A stretch of DNA of 64,000 nucleotides, from contig JAYZBQ010000015.1 in assembly GCA_036338695.1 (NCBI GenBank), positions 64,001-128,000 of the forward strand, read 5' to 3'. Under the pieces are notes generated by a model. The model saw only the letters and a program-made list of their open reading frames with translations, ran no database searches and was not told the DNA's origin. Position 1 is the stretch's first letter. Each line of letters begins with the position of its first letter. The DNA is from Myxococcota bacterium (GTDB taxonomy: Bacteria > Myxococcota > UBA4151). The position numbers and the translations under genes are program-made. Below, piece after piece: positions 9,019 to 18,836 of the stretch.

Positions 9019-10160
9019 ACTTTCAACTCTCCGAAGAGCAGCAGATGTTGGTCGATATGGCGCGTCAGTTCGCGGCGCAGCAGGTCGCGCCCGGCGCCGA
9101 GCATCGCGACCAGCACAGCGCCTTTCCCGCTGACCTGATCGGTCCGCTGGCCGAGCAGGGCTTCCTTGGGATGCTGGTCCCTGAAGCGGACGGTGGCAGT
9201 GATATGGGCTACGTCAACTACGCGCTTGCGCTGGCTGAGATCGCTCAAGCCTGCGCCTCAACAGCGGTCACCATGGCGGTCAACAACCTGACCGCCTCAG
9301 CGGTCGCGACCTTCGCCAGCGCCGACCTGCGTGCCGAGGTGCTACCGGATCTATGCTCTGGCACAGACGGTAAGGTGGGCGCGTTTGCGCTCAGCGAGCC
9401 GCACTGCGGGAGCGACGCCGCAGCGCTCCGAACCCGGGCTGATCGGGACGGAGATGTCTACGTCCTCAATGGCTCGAAACAATGGATCACGAACGGCGCT
9501 CATGCGTCGTGGATCTTGGTCATGGCGCGCACGGGCGAGGGTGCCAAGGGGATCTCTGCCTTCTTGGTGCCGGGCGATGCGGACGGTTTGATCATCGGCC
9601 CCGAAGAGAAAAAGATGGGGCTCAAGGGCTCGAATACGGTGCCGCTGACCTTGGAGAACGTGCGCGTGCCCGAGCGCTACCGGGTGGGCGATGAGGGCAT
9701 CGGCTTTCGAATCGCGATGGACGCCCTGGACGGCGGGCGCATTGGCATCGGCTCGCAAGCGCTCGGTATTGGGCGGGCGGCTCTCGCCGAAGCGGCGCGC
9801 TACATGGAAGAACGGAAAGCCTTTGGAAAGCCGCTCAATCGGCACCAAGCCCTGCAGTTCATGATCGCCGATATCGGCACGGACCTTGAGGCGACGCGTC
9901 TGCTCATGCTCAAGGCGGCGAGCTTGCGCGACCAGGGCGAGCCGATGACGCAGGCGGCGAGCATGTGCAAAGTCTTCGCCTCGGAGGCCTGCTGCCGGGC
10001 GGTGGATTCGGCGCTGCAGATCCACGGGGGCTATGGTTACGTGCAAGATTACGCGATTGAGCGGCTCTATCGGGACGCACGCGTGACGCGTATCTACGAG
10101 GGCACGAGTGAGATTCAACGCGTGGTGATCAGCCGCAATGTGTTGAAGGGGGTATCATGA
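9015..10160 (+). CDS. acyl-CoA dehydrogenase (second paralog)
   Basis: FALSEPHCGSDA, NGSKQWITNG, QIHGGYGY, IYEGTSE; ATGA coupling to the upstream gene. Confidence 0.93.
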   Translation: MNFQLSEEQQMLVDMARQFAAQQVAPGAEHRDQHSAFPADLIGPLAEQGFLGMLVPEADGGSDMGYVNYALALAEIAQACASTAVTMAVNNLTASAVATFASADLRAEVLPDLCSGTDGKVGAFALSEPHCGSDAAALRTRADRDGDVYVLNGSKQWITNGAHASWILVMARTGEGAKGISAFLVPGDADGLIIGPEEKKMGLKGSNTVPLTLENVRVPERYRVGDEGIGFRIAMDALDGGRIGIGSQALGIGRAALAEAARYMEERKAFGKPLNRHQALQFMIADIGTDLEATRLLMLKAASLRDQGEPMTQAASMCKVFASEACCRAVDSALQIHGGYGYVQDYAIERLYRDARVTRIYEGTSEIQRVVISRNVLKGVS

Positions 10161-10441
10161 AGGTCAGCCACACCTACGCCGATCGCACCGCCGAAGAGGT
10201 CAAGGCGCTGTTCAAGGACAACGCAGATCACCTCATCGGTCAGTACGGTGACTACATCGGCGAGCACCGGTGGGTGAGCGACACCCGACTTGAGGGCGCA
10301 GGGCGTGGGGTCAAGGCGACCGCCTACGTGGACGGGCAAACCATCGTGGTCGAGGGGAAGCTCCCCTTCGCGCTCAAGCTCTTCAGCGGTAAGATTCAGT
10401 CGGTGGTTGAGGGCAAGCTCAAGCGCATGGGTGAGCGCTAG
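10157..10441 (+). CDS. small protein resembling the polyhydroxyalkanoic-acid-system (PHA_gran_rgn) family
   Basis: 94 aa; V.H...EE....W..D.L....GV.......V...LPF.L..F.GKI...V...L pattern; ATGA-coupled. Confidence 0.6.
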   Translation: MKVSHTYADRTAEEVKALFKDNADHLIGQYGDYIGEHRWVSDTRLEGAGRGVKATAYVDGQTIVVEGKLPFALKLFSGKIQSVVEGKLKRMGER

Positions 10442-10444
10442 CCG

Positions 10445-11719
10445 CTAGCGATCCAGCCGAGCGAGCCGGATCTGGCTCGCTTCGAAGGTCTCATCAGGCA
10501 CCTCGATCTCGGGCGGCGTGAAGGGCACAGAGAAGATCACCCGGCAGCCCGAGCCAGGCGCCGACTCGAGCGTGAAGCCGCCACCCCAACGGATGGCGCG
10601 CTCGCGCATGTTGATCAGCCCGTAATGGCCGTGTTTTTCAAGGGTTGGGTCGAACCCTTTGCCGTTGTCCTCGACCTCAAGAACCAGCTTGTTGGTGCGG
10701 AAGGTGAGCTGTACCGTGATCCGGTTCGCCTGTCCGTGCTTGACGGCGTTGGCGATGCACTCCTGCAGCACCCTGAAGATGGCGAGCTGCTGCTCACTCG
10801 GGATGCCAGGCGGTGGCTCCATCAGCTCAGGGTCGACGTTGATCCGGTAGCGGCTCGCAGCGTCGCTGCAATGTTCGAGCAGCGCCGGGACGAGCTCAAA
10901 GTCCGCTCGCATCATCTTGAGGCTCCGCCGCAGCTCTTCGATCGCGGTCTGCGCGAGCTCGTAGAGCTCCTCGGCTTCCTGCTTGGTCTCGGGCTCATCC
11001 AGCATCGACTTGAGGTACTCAGCTTGAATGATCAAACCGCTCAGCGCTGCGCCGATGCCGTCATGCATCTCGCGCGCCAGCCGGTTGCGTTCATCGACGA
11101 CGGCGGTTGCCTTGAGGTGCTTCTCGAGCGCGAGGATCTCACGCGTCTGCTCGTCGTCGCGCCGTGAAATGTGGACGACGGTCGCAATGATGATCAGGTT
11201 CAACCCTGCATACCACGCCACTTGATAAAGGAGCGCACGCGCCGGTGCGCCGGCGAGGATCGCAGCCGCTGCGATACCCCCGAAGGTCAAAAAGGGGGCG
11301 ACCATGACGAAGATGTTCGGAAACACCAGCGCGATCACCGTGGTGTGAATCAGCAATAAGCCGACCAAGGGGCTCTCGAGACCGCCGCTTGCGTAGATGA
11401 GCCAGCTGATCGCTACGAGGTCGGCGACCGTCGTCCATGCGGTCACCGGTACGCCGTAGCGCGGGTGCCGCAGCACGACCACATGGAGCGCCGTGTAGGC
11501 GATGATGATCAGGTACCAGGTCAGGATCTGCTCGGTCACGAGCGCCATGCTGATCGCCCACGACGGTACCGCCAAAAGCCCCATGCCCACAGCCAGGATG
11601 ACCAGTCGTGAGTAGGCGAGCGTCTGCGCCCGAGTGACCCGCTTCTCAAGGTCGCGTAAGGTCACGTTACCAAGACGCTCGAAGGCTGGAGAGTCTACGC
11701 GTACGGGCTTTAGCGCCAT
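10445..11719 (-). CDS. membrane sensor histidine kinase, HisKA_3 (NarX/UhpB/DesK-type)
   Basis: Several N-terminal TM helices; ERNRLAREMHD H-box, QECIANAVKHG, DNGKGF, GHYGLINMRER. Confidence 0.9.
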   Translation of the reverse strand: MALKPVRVDSPAFERLGNVTLRDLEKRVTRAQTLAYSRLVILAVGMGLLAVPSWAISMALVTEQILTWYLIIIAYTALHVVVLRHPRYGVPVTAWTTVADLVAISWLIYASGGLESPLVGLLLIHTTVIALVFPNIFVMVAPFLTFGGIAAAAILAGAPARALLYQVAWYAGLNLIIIATVVHISRRDDEQTREILALEKHLKATAVVDERNRLAREMHDGIGAALSGLIIQAEYLKSMLDEPETKQEAEELYELAQTAIEELRRSLKMMRADFELVPALLEHCSDAASRYRINVDPELMEPPPGIPSEQQLAIFRVLQECIANAVKHGQANRITVQLTFRTNKLVLEVEDNGKGFDPTLEKHGHYGLINMRERAIRWGGGFTLESAPGSGCRVIFSVPFTPPEIEVPDETFEASQIRLARLDR

Positions 11720-12579
11720 GGGGGATCATCCAGCGAGCAGTTGTCGAGCAGGCGTAAACCCTCACACCGAGCCGCCACCAGCGCACGCCAACGCTTCGGT
11801 GCGTCATCGACCCGGCTCCCTGGTGCCGATAGGTCCTCGCTCGAGACGACGGCGCAATAGTCAACGCTCAAGCCTGCTCGCTTGAGCTCGGCAGCGCCCA
11901 AGTCCTCGAGGTGGTCAACGCTCCGTTCACCCGCCGCGTAGGCTGCGCAGATGCTGCGCAGCGCTTCCGGGACCGCCAGGGCACGCGCCCGCTGCGCGGC
12001 AGAGAGGTACGCGTTGCGGCTGCTCAGCGCCAAGCCGTCGTCAGCGCGGATCAGCTTGCCGGCGCGCACGTCGACGCCCAAGTGGAGGTCGCGGTTGAGC
12101 TGTCGAACCACCAGCAGCTGCTGGTAGTCCTTTTCACCAAAGAAGGCGACCTCCGGGCGTACGAGGCATAAAAGGCGAGCGACCACCGTGGCGACGCCGG
12201 TGAAGAAGTGAGGGCGGTGATCGGTCTCGAGACCCAGCCCGACCCGTTGCGGCACCAGGGTCGTGCCCCAGTCCGGCGGGTAGATCACCTCGTGTTGGGC
12301 GAACCAGACGAGATCTGCTCCGGCTGAGGCTGCCTTGGTGAGGTCGCCTTCCGCATCGCGCGGATAGTCGGCGAGATCTTCGCCCTCGGCGAATTGCGTC
12401 GGGTTGACGAAGATCGAGACGATCACGCGATCGCACAGCGACTTCGCCTCACGAATGAGGGAGCGATGCCCCTCGTGGAGGCTGCCCATCGTCGGCACAA
12501 AGGCGACACGTAGGCGCTCTTGTGCCCACGCCTTTCGTTGGGTCTCCACGGCTCGAAAATCAACCTCGGATAAGGCCAT
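11710..12579 (-). CDS. panC: pantoate--beta-alanine ligase
   Basis: FVPTMGSLHEGH, FVNPTQF, FGEKDYQQ, GLALSSRN, RLLDN; start could be 12588. Confidence 0.95.
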   Translation of the reverse strand: MALSEVDFRAVETQRKAWAQERLRVAFVPTMGSLHEGHRSLIREAKSLCDRVIVSIFVNPTQFAEGEDLADYPRDAEGDLTKAASAGADLVWFAQHEVIYPPDWGTTLVPQRVGLGLETDHRPHFFTGVATVVARLLCLVRPEVAFFGEKDYQQLLVVRQLNRDLHLGVDVRAGKLIRADDGLALSSRNAYLSAAQRARALAVPEALRSICAAYAAGERSVDHLEDLGAAELKRAGLSVDYCAVVSSEDLSAPGSRVDDAPKRWRALVAARCEGLRLLDNCSLDDPPWR

Positions 12580-13648
12580 GTTCCACATCTCGCAGGTACT
12601 CGGCGTGCCGGTCAGGAAAGAGGTCGATCAAGAGGTCAGCGAGACGTTCCGACGTCGCCACAGGGGGCGACTCGAGATAGGGTCGAAGCTCAGCCATCAG
12701 CTGACCGGCGGATGGGATGCGGTCATCGGGTGTGGGCTTCAAGCACTCGCGCACAAGCTCTTCAAGCCCGGCGGGCAGGTTGGGTACGATCTCGCGCATC
12801 GACGGGATCTCGGCTTGGCGGATCCGCTTCATCACCTCCGCCTCCTTCTCGCCGCGACGCGCAAAAAACAGGCGGCGGCCCGTGAGGCATTCATAGAGAA
12901 TGATCCCGAGGCTGAAGAGGTCACTGCGTTCATCGAGCTCTTGCGCCGAGACCTGCTCGGGGCTGAGGTAGCCGAGCTTGCCTGTGACGACGGCGCCTTT
13001 AGCCGACCCCTCGAGCGCGTCCATATGGACGACGCCAAAATCACCGAGCTTAGCCCTGCCACCAAAGCCGAGGAAGATGTTGTGGGGGCTCAAGTCACGG
13101 TGCACAAACCGGCTCCGGCGTCCGCTCGGCATCCGAAAGTTGTGGGTGTAGTCGAGCGCGCTGGCGGCGCTGTAGGCGATGAACAGCGCGAGCTGGAGCT
13201 CCATCCGTTCACGTTGGCCGGCGAGCCGACCGAGTAGCGTGTTCAAGTTCACGCCGCTGACGTACTCCATCACCAGGTAAAAGACGCCGTCGACGTCACC
13301 ACTTTGGAGCGTCTTGACCACGTTGGGGTGGTCGAAGAGACGGGTGATGTCCGTCTCCATAATGAAGTTGTCGAGGAAGAACGGGTTCTTCGCCTGCTCG
13401 ACCAACAAGCGTTTGAGCACCACGATCGGCGCATCGTAGATCCGGCGGCTGCTCGCTCGTCCGAACGGTCCGATCTCGCTGCCCTCGACCGGCTCTTGGA
13501 ATCGTCGCGCTCGGAAGATCTCTGCCATCCCGCCGAGGCCGACTCGGCCGAGGAGATAGTAGTCCCCGAAAACCTCCATACCTGGCCCGAGTTCGGCCAT
13601 CGTGCCGATGCGCGAGATCGGTTTCGGGGAGCGAGAATTCGAGCGCAT
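12560..13648 (-). CDS. soluble Hanks-type Ser/Thr protein kinase
   Basis: GLGGMAEIF, VVLKRL, HRDLSPHN, DFG, GKLGYLSPE, DLFSLG; no TM segment. Confidence 0.92.
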   Translation of the reverse strand: MRSNSRSPKPISRIGTMAELGPGMEVFGDYYLLGRVGLGGMAEIFRARRFQEPVEGSEIGPFGRASSRRIYDAPIVVLKRLLVEQAKNPFFLDNFIMETDITRLFDHPNVVKTLQSGDVDGVFYLVMEYVSGVNLNTLLGRLAGQRERMELQLALFIAYSAASALDYTHNFRMPSGRRSRFVHRDLSPHNIFLGFGGRAKLGDFGVVHMDALEGSAKGAVVTGKLGYLSPEQVSAQELDERSDLFSLGIILYECLTGRRLFFARRGEKEAEVMKRIRQAEIPSMREIVPNLPAGLEELVRECLKPTPDDRIPSAGQLMAELRPYLESPPVATSERLADLLIDLFPDRHAEYLRDVEHGLIRG

Positions 13649-13793
13649 AGTCCTTCTGACGACGACTATTGGTTAATCGAATTGGAAGCGCAACCCTAGC
13701 GCTGAAAGGAATCGATCGAGCGGATTGCTGCACACACCGCGCGTTGCGTCTTGTCGGTTGATGGCCGCCTGACTAACTCATCGAGAGGAGGTG

Positions 13794-14411
13794 ATGATCG
13801 TGTTCCAAGGGATCCGAGATGCCGGATGGATCGAGGTGGTCGTCGGCTCGATGTTTTCGGGGAAGACCTCTGAGTTGATCCGGCGGCTCAAGCTCGCTCA
13901 AATCGCTCGGCGGCGAGTGCAGGCGTTCAAGCCTGCGATCGACGACCGCTATGACGCGATTCAGCTCGCAAGCCACGCAGGGCAGACGCTCATGGCGCAG
14001 CCGATCGCCGATCTCGATGACTTGGAGCGATCGCTTGATGACGACGCAGAGGTGGTCGGTATCGATGAGGGACAGTTTCTCGGTGAAGGGCTCGTGGATC
14101 TGTGCGAGCGGCTGGCGGATCGCGGCAAAAGAGTGGTCGTTGCGGGGTTGGACCAAGACTGGAAGGGGCAGCCTTTCCCTCCTATGGATCGCTTAATGGC
14201 GGTGAGTGAGTCGGTGACGAAGGTGCTTGCGATCTGCACCGTCTGCGGCAACCCGGCCAACCGATCGCAGCGCGTGGTGCGTGGGCAGGACTTGTTTCAG
14301 GTCGGCGCCGCCGAAGCGTATGAGGCGCGCTGCCGCCGACACTTTGACCCCAACGACCCGCGCACGGCGCAGCAATGGCTCGCTGCGCTTGAAGAGGAGG
14401 CCTCATCATGA
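13794..14411 (+). CDS. tdk: thymidine kinase
   Basis: GSMFSGKT, IDEGQF, AGLD, C..CG and YEARCR Zn site; GAGGAG RBS. Confidence 0.95.
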   Translation: MIVFQGIRDAGWIEVVVGSMFSGKTSELIRRLKLAQIARRRVQAFKPAIDDRYDAIQLASHAGQTLMAQPIADLDDLERSLDDDAEVVGIDEGQFLGEGLVDLCERLADRGKRVVVAGLDQDWKGQPFPPMDRLMAVSESVTKVLAICTVCGNPANRSQRVVRGQDLFQVGAAEAYEARCRRHFDPNDPRTAQQWLAALEEEASS

Positions 14412-15220
14412 CGGCAGTGGACCAAGCCTATCAGCTCAGCGAGGGGCAGCGCGTGCTCACCCACGCCTACGGTGATCGGGTCACCTTTTTGCACAACCCG
14501 TTTGCGCTCTCCTTGATGCGACGGATTGGGCATCCGGACTGCGTTCAACCGGCGCTTGGTGGTTATGTTCGCTTGGCTTATCAGTATCTTTGCGCTGAGG
14601 CTTTCTCATTGCACTTAAAGGTCTCGGCGCAGGCGACGCCCACGCGCATGGAGGCGGTGGTCCCTGAGGGCGTGTACCGTGGGGACGCCTTCGCCGAGCA
14701 GCGCGTCGTGAGCGTGGCGGTGGCGCGTGCGGGCATTGTACCGTCTGAGGTTTGCTTCCAGATGGGTGCACAGCTTTTGGGGGTGGGCGCGATCCGCCAA
14801 GATCACTTCGCGATGGCGCGCCAGACCAACGCAGCGGGCGAGGTCGTCGGTGTCTCGGTGAGCGGCGAGAAGATCGGTGGCGATGTGGACGGGGCGACGG
14901 TGTTGTTACCCGACCCCATGGGCGCTACGGGCGGCAGCCTCGATCACGCGATCGCCCATTACAAGGTGGCGGTCGGTGGGCGCGCTCGACGCTATGTCGC
15001 TCTCTTCCTGACCTGTACGCCCGAGTGCGTTGAGCGCTTGCTCGGGGCGCACGATGACGTGCACATCGTCGCGCTTCGACTGGACCGCGGTTTGAGCTCT
15101 GAAGCTGCGCTATCGAGCGTTCCGGGGGCTTTGGCGGGCGAGCGTGGGTTGACCGACACGCAGTACATCGTGCCGGGCGCCGGCGGCGTCGGTGAAGTTT
15201 TGAACAACAGTTTTGTGTGA
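14408..15220 (+). CDS. upp: uracil phosphoribosyltransferase-like protein
   Basis: ARAG, PRPP-binding DPMGATGGS, C-terminal YIVPG; lies between tdk and hpt. Confidence 0.75.
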   Translation: MTAVDQAYQLSEGQRVLTHAYGDRVTFLHNPFALSLMRRIGHPDCVQPALGGYVRLAYQYLCAEAFSLHLKVSAQATPTRMEAVVPEGVYRGDAFAEQRVVSVAVARAGIVPSEVCFQMGAQLLGVGAIRQDHFAMARQTNAAGEVVGVSVSGEKIGGDVDGATVLLPDPMGATGGSLDHAIAHYKVAVGGRARRYVALFLTCTPECVERLLGAHDDVHIVALRLDRGLSSEAALSSVPGALAGERGLTDTQYIVPGAGGVGEVLNNSFV

Positions 15221-15228
15221 GGTAGACG

Positions 15229-15744
15229 ATGCAAGTTTTGATCAGCGCCGCTGAGCTTCACGAGCGGATACAAGCCCTCGGCGAGACGCTTCGTGCGCAT
15301 TACGCCGACGTCGATGATCCGATCGTGGTGGTCGGCGTGTTGCGTGGTTCGTTCATCTTTATGGCGGACCTTGTCCGAGCGCTGGATCGTCCGCTGCGCG
15401 TCGACTTTCTCTCGGCCTCGTCCTACGGGGACGCCACCGTGAGCTCCGGTGAGGTCAAGTTGAAGACCGACCTGCGCGACCCGATCGAAGGTCAGCATGT
15501 GCTGGTTGTCGAGGATATCGTCGACACCGGGCACACGCTCGCGAAGCTGCGCGGTGTGCTCACGGCGCGTCAGCCAGCGTCGCTGAAGTTCGTGAGCTTG
15601 CTCGACAAGCCGAGCCGACGCGAGAACGACGAGGCGGCGGACTGGATTGGGTTTACGATCGAGGACCTTTTCGTCGTGGGTTACGGTTTAGATGAGGCTG
15701 GCTTGAGCCGGAATCTTCCCTTCGTCGGGGTCAAGACGACTTAG
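15229..15744 (+). CDS. hpt: hypoxanthine phosphoribosyltransferase
   Basis: VLRGSFIFMADL, VEDIVDTGHT, LLDKP, FVVGYGLD. Confidence 0.95.
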   Translation: MQVLISAAELHERIQALGETLRAHYADVDDPIVVVGVLRGSFIFMADLVRALDRPLRVDFLSASSYGDATVSSGEVKLKTDLRDPIEGQHVLVVEDIVDTGHTLAKLRGVLTARQPASLKFVSLLDKPSRRENDEAADWIGFTIEDLFVVGYGLDEAGLSRNLPFVGVKTT

Positions 15745-15806
15745 CGTCGTTGGATTGCCAGGACGGCGTGACGGCCGCTAGATGACGGCTGGGAAAGGGG
15801 TGACCT

Positions 15807-16673
15807 ATGAGCGGCGACTCGAAGCCACCGGGTGAGGCGGCATCCCAAGCGCCTGATCTGCAAGCGGGTGGTGCAGCTGAAGGGTGGGCTTCCCACTCGG
15901 GTCACCTTGAGCCTGAGGATTTCTCGCAAGAGACAGCGCAGGTGCCCTCCCAGCCGCCGACGCCGAGCGGTGAGGCGTGGAACACGCTCCCGCCGGGGAC
16001 CTACACACCCACGACGGTCGTCCCGCAGCCTGGGCGCTCAGCGATGTTGCCGTGGGTCGTGATCGGGGCGCTGCTGATCTTGGTGTTGATCCTCGTCGGG
16101 GCGCTCAATTCCCGAGATTACCACCTGGTGCAGAGGGGACAGGAAGTCGAAGTGCGCCGAGGCGGATGGCTTCCGGGTACGACGCGTACGATGGCGCCCG
16201 AGAGCGCCATTTTGCTACGCCGCTACGCGCCCGTCAGGCTTGAGGTGGGTATGCAGTTTCGACCGCGGCGCTTCACCGAGCGCGAAGATCTCGACGCAGG
16301 GTTGGTCAACCTGGTCGTTGAGCTCTTGAGCCCAGCCATCGCACGCGCCGATGAGGATCGGGTCGAGCAGCTTGGGGCTCGTCTCGAGCTGTTCCCGTCG
16401 GCGCAGGTGGTGCTTGAGGGGCGCCACAAGGACTTACTCGGCAAGGTCGGTTTGATCCGCGGGCGGCGTGCCGAGGCGGATGCGCTCGACGCCGTATCGA
16501 GGGCGCGGGATCTGTATCAGCGTTATCACCGGCACGCGGGGCGAGAGGGGCACCGCGCGATCGAGCGGTTGGACGCTGTGCAGAGGCTGCTCTCGGGTGC
16601 TAAGGTCGAGCCATCGGTCAACGCGCCGGGCAACCGAGCAAATGAAGCGCCGAAGACCGGTAGTGAATTCTGA
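15807..16673 (+). CDS. hypothetical bitopic membrane protein
   Basis: Disordered Pro/acidic N-terminus, one TM helix (WVVIGALLILVLILVGAL), helical C-terminal domain. Confidence 0.75.
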   Translation: MSGDSKPPGEAASQAPDLQAGGAAEGWASHSGHLEPEDFSQETAQVPSQPPTPSGEAWNTLPPGTYTPTTVVPQPGRSAMLPWVVIGALLILVLILVGALNSRDYHLVQRGQEVEVRRGGWLPGTTRTMAPESAILLRRYAPVRLEVGMQFRPRRFTEREDLDAGLVNLVVELLSPAIARADEDRVEQLGARLELFPSAQVVLEGRHKDLLGKVGLIRGRRAEADALDAVSRARDLYQRYHRHAGREGHRAIERLDAVQRLLSGAKVEPSVNAPGNRANEAPKTGSEF

Positions 16674-16727
16674 TTATACGGCGCGACGGGATCGTGCTAC
16701 GCCCTGCGGGCGAATGGGAGACGAGTG

Positions 16728-18788
16728 ATGAAGCGATGGCTGGCGATGCTTTCCGTGTTGGCGTTCAGTACGGTTTCTCCGGGCTGCAACTGCGACGACC
16801 CCATCATCATCAAGGTGGCGCCGATGTTGCAGATTCAACACGCCGAGGCAGACGCCGCGGTCGAGGGTGAGGATCCGCAGGACGCTGTCCGACCTCCCAT
16901 GTGCAACGAAGATGACGCAAAGGACTGCACGCTGGGCTTTGGTCAAGCGGGCGTCTCGATCTTCAACTACCGCTCGGTGGCGCTCGCCAACCGCGCCGAC
17001 GTGCCCTTGACGATCTATAACGTGCGCTTGGCAGAGGATTCACCCCAGCTTCCGGAGCTCGGCTTGGATTGGTCCGAGGCGGGCCGCCCGGTCTTGGCGG
17101 GTAAAGAATTTGTGGTCTTCAAGGTGTTCTGGACGCCCACGATTGAGATGGAGGCGGAGCAAGTTCTTGGCCACATTGAGGTCTTCACTAACGCAGACAA
17201 CGGGGAAGAAGAGGTCGACGAGCAGACCTGCATCGACGCAGGTGCGGCGGTCAACTGTGAGCTGACTCGGATCGCCATCGTCGGACAGGGCGTGGACATG
17301 GGGCTGCCCGAAGCGAAGGTGGTCGCCCGTGTCGCCTCCAACGCGTGGGACGGTGGCCCCTGTCAGTTTGGCTACACAGGGGTGAACAGCCAGATGAACT
17401 GCCGTGTCGAGATCACCAACATCGGCGAGCGGGATCTCTTGCTGTTTGACGCTGAGCTCGGCTTCCGCGAGTCGCCGCGCAGCGACTGCCAAACTTGCGA
17501 GGGGCAGCAGTGGTGTGGTGGCGAGAACGCCGCCTGCGTAGACGGCCCGTTCGCAGCCGAAGAGGCCGGCGAGGCGGGCGTTTGGGGTGAGCGTACGGCG
17601 TGCTCGGCGGACAACCGCTGCCCCGTCGGTCAATTCTGTGCGCTCGACGCTGAAGACCCCACTCAAGGCTTCTGCAGCGGCGAAGCCGAAGCGCCCGAGG
17701 GGCGACCCATCTTCCGCTTTATCGACGAGCCTGCGTTCTCTCGGGAGCAACCGCTTGCGATCAGCCCGGGTACATCGACAACCTTCCAGCTGGCGTTTCA
17801 GCCGTCGGCGCTGCGCCGGTACACGAGCCGGATTAGCTTTACGACGAACATCCCGGGCGGCGAAGAGGTGTCGCTTGGCTTGGTGGGCATCGGTCACAAC
17901 ATGCCGACGGCGGTGCCGCGGGTCTTGAGCGTCAGCGGCGGGCCGCCAAACCGCAACGATGACGGCGTCGCGCAGGTGGCACCGTCCGATACCGTGACGC
18001 TGACCGGCGAAGACTCCTTTGGCGCCAATGGCGCGGACATCGTCGCGTACGAGTGGAGCTTTGCCGAGGACGCTGAGGTCGGCGCCTATCGCCCAACGGA
18101 TTCCAACCTCGACTTCACTAACGAGGAAGGTGAGACTACGGAGCTCGGCTTCTTGAACAACATCGACAACTACATCCGAGGTGTGGACATCATCGGATCG
18201 TACCGGGCGGCGCTGCGGGTTCAAGATGAGTATGGCGTCTGGTCCGAGTGGGAGACGGTCGATTTCCAGAACATCCCGGGGGACTCGATCCACATCGAGT
18301 TGACCTGGGATCACCCGAGCTCGGACGTCGACCTCCATTTGCTGCGTGGGGGGGACCGGACCGGCTACACGGGCCGGGACGATTGCTACTACGCAAACTG
18401 CAAACCAGCCCTCGATGGCAGCCCGAGGCTCGCCTGGGGGCCGGGCGGACCGGAGGATGACCCTGTCCTCGATGTCGATGACGTCAACGGGTTCGGACCC
18501 GAGAACATCAACATCGACCAGCCGGAGGATGATCAGGTCTTCATGGTGGGGGTCCATTACTTCCGTGACGCCGCAGGGGGTGTCGGTGGCTCTCGCTCGA
18601 CGATCGCAACCATCCGCATCTACGTGTGGGAGCGATTAGTCTTTGAAGAGAGCGCTGAGCTCGCTGGCACCGCTGCGTGGTGGGAAGTTGCGAACATCGA
18701 GTGGGACAGCGGCGACGTGGACGATGGCGCCGCCCAAATGTTTAACGAGCCGCCGCCGCGTGCCGGCGGCGGTGGCGGTTGGCCGTAG
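16728..18788 (+). CDS. Cys-rich lipoprotein with Ig-like (choice-of-anchor D/PKD-like) and YfaP/DUF2135-like domains
   Basis: Signal ending SPGC-NC; EITN.G...L and FQP beta-sandwich motifs; VTLTG..S....I..YEWS; IELTWD....DVDLHL...LDVDD..G.GPENI. Confidence 0.7.
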   Translation: MKRWLAMLSVLAFSTVSPGCNCDDPIIIKVAPMLQIQHAEADAAVEGEDPQDAVRPPMCNEDDAKDCTLGFGQAGVSIFNYRSVALANRADVPLTIYNVRLAEDSPQLPELGLDWSEAGRPVLAGKEFVVFKVFWTPTIEMEAEQVLGHIEVFTNADNGEEEVDEQTCIDAGAAVNCELTRIAIVGQGVDMGLPEAKVVARVASNAWDGGPCQFGYTGVNSQMNCRVEITNIGERDLLLFDAELGFRESPRSDCQTCEGQQWCGGENAACVDGPFAAEEAGEAGVWGERTACSADNRCPVGQFCALDAEDPTQGFCSGEAEAPEGRPIFRFIDEPAFSREQPLAISPGTSTTFQLAFQPSALRRYTSRISFTTNIPGGEEVSLGLVGIGHNMPTAVPRVLSVSGGPPNRNDDGVAQVAPSDTVTLTGEDSFGANGADIVAYEWSFAEDAEVGAYRPTDSNLDFTNEEGETTELGFLNNIDNYIRGVDIIGSYRAALRVQDEYGVWSEWETVDFQNIPGDSIHIELTWDHPSSDVDLHLLRGGDRTGYTGRDDCYYANCKPALDGSPRLAWGPGGPEDDPVLDVDDVNGFGPENINIDQPEDDQVFMVGVHYFRDAAGGVGGSRSTIATIRIYVWERLVFEESAELAGTAAWWEVANIEWDSGDVDDGAAQMFNEPPPRAGGGGGWP

Positions 18789-18836
18789 GCGCCACGAGCC
18801 GTTCGTGAGAACTTGTAGACCTTATAGGAACTCTTC

